A stretch of DNA of 63,892 bases, the filler included. It is 18 parts of 18 records of this genome, joined end to end, with 100 filler letters (N's around TTAATTAATTAA, not from the genome) between each part and the next. Parts side by side here need not be neighbours in the genome. Positions count along the whole stretch, not along the records: positions 11,534 to 15,169 come from SRR9188676_162; positions 15,270 to 18,279 come from SRR9188676_241; positions 18,380 to 21,614 come from SRR9188676_364; positions 21,715 to 23,896 come from SRR9188676_403; positions 23,997 to 28,174 come from SRR9188676_462; 13 more parts are not named here. One strand, given 5' to 3'. Position 1 is the first letter of the stretch. Every line of letters begins with the position of its first letter. The notes beneath the pieces are model-generated. The model was not told the origin of the DNA and did no database searches. It saw nothing but the letters and a program-made list of their open reading frames with translations. Position numbers and translations under genes: made by a program. This document shows, piece after piece, positions 11,717 through 24,875 of this stretch.

Positions 11717-13772
11717 TCATGATTTACATATATACGTACCGATGTAGAGAGCCCAGAAGTCGCGGGGCGGGCAGAAAGTGGAGTTCGGGGTGTACAAGTT
11801 CCCCTTGCCGGTACACATAGGGTTGATAGGTGTATAAGGGCTGGTGGTAAAGAAGCGCCTGATAACATTCGTGACGAACTCGGGGTGCTCATGGGGCCAG
11901 AAGTGCCCACTGAGGGGAATGAATTGCACGTGGGCATTCTTGAAGAAGGTGGTGGCTGGGATGCCCAGGCAGTTGTAGACGTGGCAGAAGTCGGCGTCGT
12001 CACAGATCGTGCAGATGGAACCGTCGAAGAACCCGACTGGCTGAGGGGCATCGCTGTCGGCTTGGAGCTGGAGGATTGGGAACGTCATGTTGTGGAACAT
12101 CTCCATATCAATGAGGTTGGTGATACCCATGCCTGGAAGAAAGAAGAAATCGGAAGAGAGTTTAGAAATAGAGAGACATTCATTGAGGCCGGTCAAAGGA
12201 GTATCTCAATGAGCCCAGCTCATTGGGTTTGGTCAAGAGGAAAAAAAAAAAAGAGAAAGTTGGATATGCGATAAGAGGATAGGCTGGCGAAGAAAGAAGC
12301 CGAATAGATGTTGGGGATGCTGGATATGTGGACAATTCGCACCATGTGCTTGCCTGGTGGACTTTCATATGATGCCACTAGTTCATCCGAATGCCCTAAT
12401 TTCTGGAATCTCTTTAGAAAAAGACTGACTAACAGCAGAAAACAACCGACCCGAGGTCTCTTATAGGGTACTTCCTGACGAACTCGGGTGTAGTTGTACA
12501 TGCAATCTGATATGTCTCTTTATGGATATTATGTCTAGAACAAAAGTCAAGGGGTATTGACTTACCAGGGAGGGCATTGAAGGAGGACAACCAGCCCACA
12601 GAGGGAAGGGCCTGGTAGTTGAACTCCTGCACAATGCGCACCATGCGGTCGGGGTGCTCCAGGATGAACTGCGTGTAGTTGTACATGCGCTGCTGGTAGG
12701 CAGTCAGCACGGCAGTGTAGTTGCTAGTGAACACGTCCATGATCTGGAAGGGGCACAGCCGTGTCAGGTAGTACTGGGGGTTCAGCTCGCTGCTCACCAC
12801 ACCAGTGAAAATCTCACCTGAGGTACACAGATAAAGATCAATGCAGAGCAGAGAATATAAGATGACAACAAGAATCTAGTCAAGCAATATCCAGAACAAC
12901 ATAAATGGATTCGCAAAACATTGGGCCTGCAGTAAAGCAGGCTCAGTTCTAAGATAATCATCATTGAATCCAAATGAAGACGAAATAAAAATAAAAGGTA
13001 TGAATCTCCAATCATAACCGTTCACTTCAGGGAGGATTGACATGCATCCACTCGCGACGTTGATGCAGAAAATACGCTGAAGGATTGATTACTCTTGGTA
13101 AATATTCTATCCTAATTTTCTGATTTATTCGTTAGCACCACAAAAATAAGAGGAGATATTACATACCACGAACGTAGCCCTTGATACGCTGGTGCCACAT
13201 GGAGGCAACAGGGGTACACACGAAGGAGCCCCAATCCTCGCTGACCATGTAGAAGTCGGGGTTCTGCTTGCCAGTCTGGGACATCAGTTGGTCAAAGGCA
13301 TGGATGAACTCATGGGCCTGGGCATCCGTGGAGTAGTCAGCATCGACAGCGTGATTGCCGTCCATGGACCACCCGACACCACCAGAGGACTGGGAGTAGC
13401 CTGATGATTATGAATACAATACGTATAAGTATAAGTTTATTTGCAGACATAATTCTTCGGTTCTGGCTTACCCTTAAGATCCCAAGCGACGACGTGGTAA
13501 TCCTTGGCCAGATCCTTCATTTGCTCGAACCACAAATACCATGAATCAGGGAAGCCGTGGCAGAAAACAATCACATCCTTGTTGCCCTGACCGGCCTGGA
13601 CCATATGCAGGGTGACGTTGTGAAGAGTCTCAATGTACTGGTGATCGAAGCCATCCGCATCGACACCAGGAGGGTCACGAGGGCGGGGGGGGATGTTGTT
13701 GGGATCAAAGGGGGCCGCAGCAGCGAGTGCCACACATAGGGCAAGGATAAAAGCGGTGAACACAGCCCTCAT
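11717..13772 (-). CDS. Secreted alpha/beta hydrolase, epoxide hydrolase family, 4 exons seen
   Basis: Signal peptide MRAVFTAFILALCVALAAA, HGFP oxyanion motif, WDLKG|YSQS, nucleophile SEDWG, catalytic SGHFWPHE; GC3-rich codons. Confidence 0.85.
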
Positions 13773-14697
13773 TTGTTTGAAAAGCCGACGGAGATCCGGT
13801 CAGAAAATCTCTATCGCTCGCAACGCAAAAGTGTATTTTCAAAAAAAAAAAATTAGCCGTTGGTCACTGACGAATGAGATTGTACCATTAGGGGGATACA
13901 ATGGAGATTTCATTTAGGAGATGATAGAAATTTACCCCCGTTCCCGCCCAAAGACAACTGGATCGTCATTTGAACACGTTGGCGTGCAGGTGTGAGCCGC
14001 TTTTAGAGTTCTTTTCCCAATTTCTTCTATTTCCAATTTCCAATGCATTTTCTCGCTCCTGAATAGTCCTGAATGCATATCTGAGAGCCTTCGAGTTAGA
14101 AGGCCAGCCATTCTAAATACACCCTGCAGTGGAGTTGTGGAGTTCTTCTTTCTTCTTGTCTCTTGTCTCTACCTTTTCGGCACGGAAGGATTAGACAGCA
14201 CGGAGACAATCAGAATTAGGGAAACTAAGCGAGAGGAATCAGTCAAAAACAGGGAGAACGAGACGTTCAGTTCAACTATTACAAGGGGAAATGGCTCCAT
14301 TGGTTCTTTATTCTCAATGATACCAAATTTGTTTGTCTCCCAAGAGCCGCACTCAACGATACCAGTGATGACGTTGTTGGTCAGTGATCGTTGCAGGAGT
14401 AACCCCCTGATTGTTGCTTTTTGCACGCTGATTAGCTCGTATCTCGCAGCACTGATGACCCCTATGGAAGTGAATATGTAAAGTTTCCTACCTCCTTTTC
14501 TAAGAATCCTTGGCTCGGTTCTTCGTCGCACATTCTCTCATCTTCTGAGGCCCGGCGGCCATTTGTGCCGGCGGTTCTGTCAATAATGTAATAATGCTTC
14601 AGGAGAGTCTCGATGGATTAGCTTCCAAGATCCTTAGATTTCTGAGTTCTGTTGATCCTTGTGCGGCAGCCACACCAGGTCTGTCATTTTTTTCTGT

Positions 14698-15169
14698 TCA
14701 AGATTTTGCTGAAGGAGGAGGTAAATAGCCCAGCAACTCAACTCCGACTTCTTCCTCAGACTTCTTCCCCACTTCTGACAATGCTTTCAGCTCCTTGTTC
14801 TGCTGCTCCTTGTGCAGCATCGACACTCTGTCATGGGCATCCTGAGCTTCTCGGTGCCAGTTCACGCGCGTCAGGGAGAGCAAATACAACAGCGCTGTAC
14901 ACAACAGGCCAACACCAATGCCAATCCAGATGCTCTCCACGCGCCTATATTGTGAAAAATAGTAGAAGAATGAGCCGAGGACATGATCTTAATGAGAGAA
15001 TAAAAAAAAGAAGATAACCAAAGGAGAGACGAAAATGAAACCACGACCAACTTACCGAGAGCCGATCGAAGTAAAAGTGAGGACGGCAGCGGAGGGGATG
15101 GCTACGATCCAGAAACCCACGAGGTTGACAACTGCCACGAGGTGCTGTTTGCCCATCCCCCGGAAGATA
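14698..15169 (-). CDS. MATE efflux transporter, C-terminal two exons
   Basis: IFRGMGKQHLVAVVNLVGFWIVAIP...GVESIWIGIGVGL...TRVNWHREAQ is typical of the eukaryotic MATE C-terminus. Confidence 0.85.
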
Positions 15170-15850
15170 NNNNNNNNNNNNNNNNNNNNNNNNNNNNNNN
15201 NNNNNNNNNNNNNTTAATTAATTAANNNNNNNNNNNNNNNNNNNNNNNNNNNNNNNNNNNNNNNNNNNNATAACTCAATAAATAACCCCATAATCGATAG
15301 AATTATACTAGATAAAGAAGCTCCAATACCACATGCTGACATCACAGAATGGAATAGAGGAAAGAGATAGGCTGAATGAATCAAGGGAATGTGGAGTGAA
15401 AATATTGTAGATATTAATTCAGCAGTAGTCATGACTCGAAAAAAAATCAATAGCGATGATAAACCTCACTTCCTTTGGTTCCGACCGCAATCATTACTTA
15501 CCTCGAATTCAGAAGGCGGACCAGTGGCTTGCGGGATGCGAATGTGTGAGGTGGCGCGATGTGATGAAAATGCAGTATGTAATGAGGATCGGTCTTGTGC
15601 TCTTTTCAGTCTTTCATTTGCTTTGTTTATGAGAAATATTTTTCAGTACTGATGCGTGTGCTATTTCCTGAGGTGCTACAGCCTGAAAAATAGTTTCGTT
15701 GATTCATAAACATGTCCGATAGCTCTATCAGAAAACTATTTTGGACGAATATAGAGGAGAACAAAACGCTCTGAGAAGTTTGATAGGCTTCATGCCACAT
15801 CTAGGAGAAACTCTCATCGGTAACCGGTTTGGTTTGAAAGTGTTTCTTAC

Positions 15851-16522
15851 ATGAAGTGTGCCCTCGCCATAGATAGAGCAGGCCTGATTCGTGGAATCAC
15901 ATAGAGATCTGCAAAGGGAGAAACAATCAGAAGATATTAATAAATGTTGTACAGAATCAGGCAGACCACGATCCATAGAAAGAGGGACCAGAAACTAGAA
16001 GGGAACCAATGAAGCAGAGTAGAAGGTGTAAATGTGCGATATCTTTTTATGTACCTGCACGGGGGGACAGGGGTATTATTGAAGCATGGCATGAAGAACG
16101 ATGCACAAAGCAGTGGCACGGAAGTGGATAGACAATCATAGTCAACAATAACTCCGTTACTGTTGAGAAGATTCAGCAATGTCATATTGCCGTAAGCCCA
16201 TCCCTCGAGATGATAGAGATCATAGCCTTCCGGAATGTACACGGAGGAACCACGAGGAATGTAAGCCTCGCAAGCGAGCGGAATTGTGGCTACAACAGTG
16301 AATAAAAGAAATTTGATTAAGATAACTCAATATACGGAATATCCGATCGAAAGGTCTACCATTTTCAGCTTGGCAATACGGATCCATGGGGTGCACTCCA
16401 CCTTCGCATAACACCGTTTCAGGAATCTCGTATGGTACACATGTTCCGGCAGCAGTCACAAGGGCAATTTGGCCCCATAGGCACAATATCGTGAAGAAAA
16501 AACACCGCCGTAAAAGGACCAT
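15851..16522 (-). CDS. Secreted/membrane protein with a Frizzled-type cysteine-rich domain, 3' incomplete
   Basis: Signal peptide; DCLSTSVPLLCASFFMPC...PPCR|SLCDSTNQAC cysteine pattern. Confidence 0.7.
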
Positions 16523-16737
16523 TTTCCCGGCTGGAATGCGGGTGCTTTTGTGTGGTCTTGTTGTGGCGTTGGATTTTTGGAGGTCGAAAAGGGGTCATGA
16601 CCCTAAACTTGTCACGTCAAAATATAGAACTAACGGATCTGTAAAAATAGATTCGATTTTTTCACTTTTTTTTTTCAATTTCAGATTTTTTGGACTCGAT
16701 TCCTCTCGTGTTTTCTTAGCTCCATATTGAAATAGAA

Positions 16738-17936
16738 ATGGTCTGTTGTATAATTATAATTGAAGATAGTGTACTTATGGGATTTTTCTGTTTTCGTAGC
16801 AGAAGCCCGACGGGGAAGAACGATATGCCTTTAAAGTTGAATATCATGATCGAACTGCGGACCTTGTGCGACCCTATACGCTTCTATATTTCCCCAATGA
16901 GGATGAGATCGAAATGGTTTGTGAATGACTTTTGAATATCTTTTTGCCCCTTCTGACTTCAACGCTCCCTAGATTGATATGAAGAATCGAAGAACATTCT
17001 TGAAACGCACCCGTGCCCCTCCTGATCTCCTTCATCAGCTTCATGTCGGAGGAAAGGTGGAAGTATTTTCCAGAATGCTTTCTATTGTCGGATATGGAGA
17101 TGTCTACACAGAAAACAAGATGTCCCAGAAGGCTCAATAGTATGCATTCGATCATCATCTTTTCCGAGACATGCTAGCACCAAATTAACTCCTGTTTTTT
17201 CTTAACTTATCATAGTACATTTGCGATGATTAAGCCTAATGCTATCGGAAATCTTGGTGATATCATTGATCGAATCTACCAAGAAGGATTCAGCATCGCG
17301 CACATGGACATGCATATTTTGTCCCCTCATGATTGCGCCGGCTTCTATGCTGAACATACCGGAAAGCCATTCTTCCAGTAAGTTGTTATCCCTTTGAAAA
17401 AGTCTTTCTTTCGAAATGGCATAGGTGCATCGGATAACTGAAATTCAGTAACCCCCCCCCCAACAATCTGACACTCATTACTTACTAATTATTCACTCCT
17501 CGAATTTTTGGTGAAAGACTGTTCGTTGTTGAAAATCGAGTTTTTTCTCGAACGAAGTTCCAAATGTCACGATTGCCTGAAATTGCGCTTTGAAGCTGCT
17601 GGGAATTATCACACATCATATTTTCTGCGTCCATATTGCGCCTATGTGGTTGCATTTTATTCTCATTTTTTCCTGAACTTTTGTTCCTCTATCAATTTGT
17701 CAAACTCATCGCTCGATCTCTCTTTCAGGAGCCTCTCCGAGTTCATGTGTAGCGGGCCGTCCATTGCTATGCAACTTGTAGCAGAGAATGCAGTTCAGAA
17801 ATGGCGAACACTCATCGGCCCCACCAACAGCAACACCGCAAAGCAGCAAGCACCAAACTCATTGCGTGCCAAGTACGGTGTGAACCAAACCGTGAATGCT
17901 GTACACGGTGCTGATTCAGACGCCTCTGCTCAAAGG
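16738..17936 (+). CDS. NME7: Nucleoside diphosphate kinase 7 (DM10 + NDK), 3' incomplete
   Basis: ERYAFKVEYHD...LLYFP..EIEM|IDMKNRRTFLKRT (DM10); TFAMIKPNA, FYAEHTGKPFF, WRTLIGP, NAVHGADS. Confidence 0.92.
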
Positions 17937-18699
17937 GTATGTTACTTAGGAGTAGAAAAGTACAAAAAAAAAAATGAAAAAAATATATCTATTCAAGCGA
18001 TGGATGACTTTGCCTTCTTTCCGATGCCAAAGCAGATAGTTCATGCCTTTCAGCTCAAATTACTATCTCTGTATGCTTTCAATGCATTTTTTCTCATGTT
18101 GTAATTTTTGTTACGGTCGGAAACGCGTCAAAAATACGGATTTTCGACTTGTGGCACTTTACACCCCCGTAACCCATAAATCCGAAATTTTTGTGATCAT
18201 AGACCATAAATACCTGAAGCGCTCACTGTATCTGTCGGACCACTTCGGTGGATCCTTATTCTAAAATTGGAACGATACANNNNNNNNNNNNNNNNNNNNN
18301 NNNNNNNNNNNNNNNNNNNNNNNTTAATTAATTAANNNNNNNNNNNNNNNNNNNNNNNNNNNNNNNNNNNNNNNNNNNNATTGATAAACTATCCCAACAA
18401 TTAAGGTATGTAGCAAGAAATAGGTAACAGATTAAGAGGGGAAGAATCATCCTACATCACATCACAATGACATCACAATACGTCCTCTGGCATAACATCA
18501 AATGAGATCACACACTACAAATCCACATACCAGCACACACCACGAGAGATAAAAGCAGAACATCTCGCACCATCCCATCTGAACATATAAGATGCATCAA
18601 CTTGCATCATACCACCTGTCAGCACAGCAAATGGTTTTGATTCCCAAACATGTCTATGTCTATCTATCACATCTATTGCACAGCTACCTTTTCGCGCTG

Positions 18700-21365
18700 A
18701 GCCCTGACACGTGGCGTAGAGAACGTATGCCTCGGGAATGTAGCCCTCGGGGACATGGGGGACGCGCTCGAGGAGAGTGACGACAGGGGGGGTACCAGCA
18801 CGCTAGCCCCGGCCAAAGGGGTAAACCCAGTAGGGGGGGTACCACCCCCTTGAGCCGATGACATGGCACCAGCAGGGGACGTAGTGGTGGTGCCGGGGAT
18901 GGAAGGACCTGGTATAGCTGTCGCACCCTGTACGGGGATGGCGCCAGACCCCGTGCTCGTATTCATGGTGGATGGGGAGAGGGTGTTGATACCCCCCAAG
19001 GCCGCGCCCGCAGTAGAAGAGGGGGGGGTAATGGTAGAATTGTGGCTAGGGCCCGGGATGGATGTGGAAGTTGAAGGGGGGTTGGTGCTGGTGACTGATG
19101 TGTCTCTGTCTCTGTCTGCGTTACCCCCCCTAGTGCCAGACAGGGTGCGCAGAGAGGAGAAGGCTCCCGTGGTATCTGAGGAGGTCCGCCGACGCGTGTC
19201 GTCATGCGCTACCCTGTGATGTGGTGGGGGGGAGGGGGGGGATACAGAGCGGTCGTAGGTGAGTGGAATGACGTAGCCAGGGTAATATGGGGAGAGGGGG
19301 GAAGGGGGGAGGTCATGGCAAAACGAGGGTCGGCAGTAACGGTGCTCCAGCCAACACACTCGTATTGCAACAAGACAAATAAATTTCCATTGTTCTGTTG
19401 GACTCTTTACCAAATATCGGTTCAATACAACTTGCAAGTAGAGAGGTTTCAATAAGCCAAGGCTAACAGGAGTTGAAAGCATGAGATCATGATGATAGAA
19501 TTGTGATGGCATTTGTTGGCACACATCAGAGACACTTCCACTCGGGGTCTTCGACGACGTACCTAGAGGCACCCGTAGAGATTTCGGCATCCCCAAGAGC
19601 GACCCCTGCAAGCGCAGCTGCTGACGCCTGTGCTGTCTGCGCCGCGCCCGTGGGCCCCGACACTGCATTCGCCGCGCCAGCCGTCGCGCCCCCTTGGCTT
19701 TGGGCAACACCACCACCACTAGTATGATTATGTTGCTGGCGGGTGGCCATAGCCAGCGCGGGGAAGGCCAAGAGCCGCAGAATCACGGGGCGGTTAAATG
19801 AGATGTGAAGGGAGTTCATGGAGAGCGCTAACTCAGCATCATACCCCTTCAGGGCACGGCTACGCGTGTCATCCTGCTTATATGTGATGTGGATAAGCGC
19901 CTCCCCTCCTCCACTACCCCCTCCACCCACCCCACTCCCACCAGAATTATTTGTACTGCTGGTAGCAGACCCTGCACTCTTTGCCATCCCCGCACCGATA
20001 CCACCCCCGGAACCCATACCCATACCCATACCCAGCCCCGTGGCTGTACCGACACCAATCCCCGTCCCTGTGCCACTAGCCACCCCTTGTGGGGTAGCTC
20101 CTGAACCAGCTTTATTGCTGTTTCCATCCCCCTCGCCATCGCCGTCATTCAGCACCCCGTCTACAGAAGGGGGCGAGGCGCGGCTCGGGGACATCGGGTC
20201 CTCAGTGTCATACATGCCACTCGCGTCAGGAATCTAAGAGAGAGAGGGGAAACCCCATCAATACCATGGGAGGCACGGTTTGGGAGCAACTGCCGGCGTC
20301 CTTCCAGCTTCAGAGATTGGTTTAATAAAAAATCATTTTATAAGGCTATCGTGTCTCGGATGTCCTGTCTGTGATTAATAAGGTTAAGGATCATGGAAAG
20401 TATCGATTTCCTTGAGGCTTCTCCTCACTGGATATGTCCATAGATGACATAAGTTTTGAGAAGAGGGTTTGGGAGTGCGCTATTCATGAATTCTACATGA
20501 GACTGTCGAAAAAGGACGTGAGATGAGCCTTCAGAGGGGGATAACAATAAGGTTCTCTGCAATGGCGATAATTTCCTTCATTCCATACCTGGCCGGATGT
20601 GACAAGATGGTAGAAAGGCGAGCCGGGAGACTGGGTGCCGTCCAAAACCACGAATCTATGCAGCTTGATGTCGACAACAGACTTTCCTCGCTCCTTGGTG
20701 TAGGTGCCCGCGAGCCCGCTCAGCAGCACAGTGGCCAAGTCAGTGCTTCGGCCGATGCGCCCCTCGAGCAGGCTGAGTGTCACCGAGGACATCTATGATA
20801 CACAGGGAAAGAGACGGGCGGGCGCATTGACTCAAAATAAGTCACATGTTCAGTGCACTTCAGCACTGTGGCTAAGGAGCGATGTGACTGACACGCCGAG
20901 GAGGCGACGAATCACCGAGAATATTTGTCAGAACGCATATATCATTTTTTGTTAAATAAAAAAAAAAAAAACGAACCCAAAAAATCATTGGATACACATC
21001 AAAATCGGAATCTTAACTTTGGCATGACGCCACCCACTGGAAACATGATGCAAAAGATAGTATGACGTGGCTGTGACAATGGTAAAGCCAACACGTAGCG
21101 CACCTGGAAGTCTATTTGGACGAGTTTTGGCTCCAGCCTGGTCCGAGTACCACCTAGTTCCTGAGCCAGTTCCATGATGTCGCGCTCGGACTCCTCTGGG
21201 ACCGGGTTTGACCCGAGGCCAGGCCGCCATGCGTCGCGCGCTAGGTTTAGGGGGGGTGGACTGAACATGTGCCCCATCAGGGGGGTATCCTCCGGGTCGA
21301 AAAGGACGGGGGAGGATATGTGGGGGGGAGACATGCTCTCGTCGAGTTCGGGATCCTTAGACCGG
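18700..21365 (-). CDS. VPS13-like lipid-transfer protein, internal exons with long G/S/T-rich inserts
   Basis: KLVQIDFQ; DLATVLLSGL...VDIKLHRFVVLD...HLVTS; LIHITYK...YDAELALSMNSLHISFNRPVILRLLAF (RBG-type repeat). Confidence 0.65.
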
Positions 21366-21795
21366 CTGAGAGAGAGACGGGGATGGGGCGGGGGGTGGGG
21401 GGGACAGAAAGGGAAGGGAGAGAGTGAGACAAATAGAAAGAGGGGGGAATAAAACGTGCGTGCTAAATGATCGTTGAAGGGAAAAGAGGGGAGGGAAGGG
21501 AGAGAAAGATGGGCCATATTCAATGACAGTGAGAGGAGAAAGAGCAATAGAAAGAGTAAGTGAAAGAGAAGGAGAAAGAGAGAGCAGAGAAGCGCGCGAA
21601 ATTGATGTGTAGATNNNNNNNNNNNNNNNNNNNNNNNNNNNNNNNNNNNNNNNNNNNNTTAATTAATTAANNNNNNNNNNNNNNNNNNNNNNNNNNNNNN
21701 NNNNNNNNNNNNNNTCCGAGACGAATCTTACCCGACATAAAGTAAGAGAAAGCTATGCAATGTAATGTAGAATGATGTAATATAGTGGAATCATA

Positions 21796-23780
21796 CCAGG
21801 ACCCCTCCGAGTGAGTCTCTCAAGACACCTGACTGCAGCTTTTGACACGTCAGCAGTAACGCGGGAGTGGATCAGTGACCACTGTCTGATTACACCGCTG
21901 CTACCCCCCGTATTGGCACCCCCCCCTGAGTGGGCAGCACCCCCCGTACCGGACCCTGACTCACTCTCATGTGCCAGTTGTGATGACGTGGACCCCCGAG
22001 TCTTGTGATGTGCATGGCTATGTGTATGTGGGCTCATGTGGCGTGACAGGTCCGTAGATGAGGAAGTTGGGCTCATCATAGGGGAGTTGTTATGATGGTT
22101 ATAGGGAGGGTGGGCTACAGGGGGGGTACCGGGCGTATTTGGTTCTAAGGGGGTACCACGTGTGTTGCTGGGATGTGAGGGTGAGGATGGTACAGTCATA
22201 GGGGGGGTATTATTAGAATTTGAATTAGTGATTGATGTGAGCAGGTTGGTGATAGAAGATGAGCTCATATTGGCTAGGGTCGGGCGAGGGGGACGGGGGG
22301 AGTTGGTGCTATTTATAGATGAAACGGACGTGACACGTGTATTGTTGTGGTGGTGAGCGGAAGAGCGAGAGGACGCGTGAGAGTGTAGGGGGGGTGTTGG
22401 GCCGAAAAGAGTTGCGTCAGGAGCGAGTAAACATGACAGCTGTACAGGGGAGCAGCAGAATAGCAAAGAAGCGACAGCATTGGGGAACTCCAGGAGGGTA
22501 TCACGATATTCCGGTAGTCTGTAAAAAAAAAGAATAATTAGGAATAGGGGGGGGATTAAGAAGAAGATGTGGGCAAAGTGAGGGGAAACAGAGAGAGGGT
22601 TCAGAGGAACATGGGATGATCTCGGCTATCACATCGATCAAAAGTGTTCGGGGAAGAGAGATGCCACGGGTGTGAGGGGCGTCCATAAATTCCGTCAAAT
22701 AAATAAAATGTCATAATCACCCCCCTGAGGCAACACCCCCCCTAAGGTAACACACCCCCACACCCTATGTAGAGAATGGCTGGAAGATAGCTATCACTTA
22801 CCGACAAATGTTAAGATAAATCTCAAAGTAGTATAGCCACGAATCAAACTCAGCAGCTTCTGAGACCGGGGGTAGCGGGTACTAGGGGGGTACGATACTT
22901 CTGACCATTATAGACGATATATATATATATATAACACATACCGACATATATTTCCAAGGGTCAATAAGAGAAGTCTCAAAGTAGCCTGGCCACGAATCAA
23001 ACTCAGCAGTTCCACGAAAGTCTTGATGAGACCGGGGGTAGCGGGCACCAGGGGGGTAAGATGCTCGTGTGCTGACACGTTAGCAATGGCCCACACTGCC
23101 TTTTGACACGTGGGCTCGTCACTGGTCCCCGTGGTTTCGATCACATCAAGCAAGTACTTTAATCCACCCTATATTGCCGAACAGAAGAGAGAGAAAGAGC
23201 AAAATTAGGAACTGAAAAAGGGGCAGAGGAGGGAGAAGGGTGTGAGTAAGTGAATGAGTGCGAGAGAGTGTGTGTGTGAGATAGAGGGGTGGGAGTGGAT
23301 GTGAAAGATGGTAAGTCAGCAATGACTATCCACGTGGACTCATCACCGGTACCCGTGGTTTCGATCGCATCAAGCAAGTAATTTAACCCCCCCTATGTTG
23401 TACACCGGAAGAAGCAAAGAGAAAAAGCCACACAGATAAAAAATAGAGATAAGTAACGGAAAAGGGAGCAGAGGAGGAAGAAGAGTGAGAGTAACAAGAG
23501 TAAGTGGATGAGTGTGAGGGATGGAGGGGTGGGAGAGAGTGTGTGGAGGAGAAAGATGGTAGGTTAGCAATGTCCATTCACGTGAACACATCACTGATGT
23601 GCTTGGTTTCGATCACATCAACCAAGTACATACCCCACCATCATCAGCAATATTCGCATATTAATGTGGTTATTCATTTCCCCTTCATTTGTTTTTCACT
23701 TCCCGGAATTCAACACTGATGGATCTAGCGAGAATCTCAGCCAGGGCGTGGATCAGGAGCCATGTTGGATCGTGTCCTAA
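21796..23780 (-). CDS. Armadillo-repeat protein, internal exons
   Basis: Exon 22941-23168 GGLKYLLDVI...QKAVWAIANVSAH...LLTLGNIC; later KAAVRCLERL. Confidence 0.65.
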
Positions 23781-24566
23781 GGCAGGGGAAAGCCACCAGA
23801 GGGTTGTGGCTGTGGAATGCATTCACTCGAAACTCCTATCACCCTAATTATTCACATCATTTTTTAAAATTACTTTATTCACTTTGCCATATTTTANNNN
23901 NNNNNNNNNNNNNNNNNNNNNNNNNNNNNNNNNNNNNNNNTTAATTAATTAANNNNNNNNNNNNNNNNNNNNNNNNNNNNNNNNNNNNNNNNNNNNGGCA
24001 GATACGCCTGCAGGAGAAAGTTTTTTCGTGTCCTTTTTTTTTACTGAAGCCGCAGAGTGGCCCGTCAAGAGAAAAAAAACGTGTCAGGATGAGAGGGAAA
24101 ACCAAGCCCTCCCGCCTACCGCGAGAATAAACGTGGTAAAAGCCCCTTTCGGAATCTCTACAAAAGAGTCAGGTGAATGTATGCATCTCAACTATGGGAT
24201 ATGGGGCGTATGAGAGGATTCGGCCCCTCTGGGGGTTCGGACGAAGAATTGGTTTTATACAGATGCTGGTCCAGAAAATCCAATTGCACAACAAAAGTTC
24301 GCGGAAGTGACCGAAGTAGGGGGGTGGAATTTTTGTTCATATGAGATTCCTCTATATTTCCTTGTACCTTAAACTACTTCAAGCAAGATGATCATGTTTC
24401 CATTGAGAGAAGAGCCCCCGAAATGTGGGTGTTCAGGGTGCAACTCATCAAGAAAAATAATGGAAACGTTCTCACAGTACCTCCGCCGTTCGTGAACCGT
24501 TTTTCTCAACTTAACAGTTATTCGGATAAATTACAAGATATTTCCGAGATATCTGCTAAGCAGGAA

Positions 24567-24628
24567 ATCTGCCAAACCTCAATAGGTATTTCTGGACATC
24601 TGCCAAACCTCAATAGGTATTTCTTGAC
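24567..24628. repeat. 31-bp tandem duplication
   Basis: ATCTGCCAAACCTCAATAGGTATTTCTKGAC x2. Confidence 0.9.
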
Positions 24629-24875
24629 AGAGTGTTATTTGGACGGTACACAGCAACCTACAGGCGGCAGGGTGGTTAGTCACTGGAATGAAACCCCTGT
24701 ACAATTTTGGCATGAGGTCGGTGCTCCGAAGAATTAGATCGGAAGAGCAGCACAGATCCGAAGCAAAAATAAAATTGGTGTTCATTGCTGAATCAGCAAG
24801 CAAGCATGGGAGTCGCAATACGTTGTGATATCATTATTGCAGGCAGGATTTCGCCATTTCTGATCCAATTATGTA

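Noticed and set aside
17130..17230. Apparent in-frame TAG in NME7, suggesting stop-codon reassignment
   Set aside because: Resolved by a phase-2 intron (TA|T = Tyr); long conserved exons elsewhere have no internal stops, and both TAA and TGA end genes
24262..24315. DnaJ-like micro-exon (PENPIAQQKFAEVTE) on the + strand
   Set aside because: No HPD or AY flanking exons found, and it lies opposite the probable LTV1 continuation
24736..24749. AGATCGGAAGAGCA matches the start of the Illumina TruSeq adapter
   Set aside because: Only 14 nt and it diverges afterwards; chance or a technical artefact, not biology, but reads here should be checked
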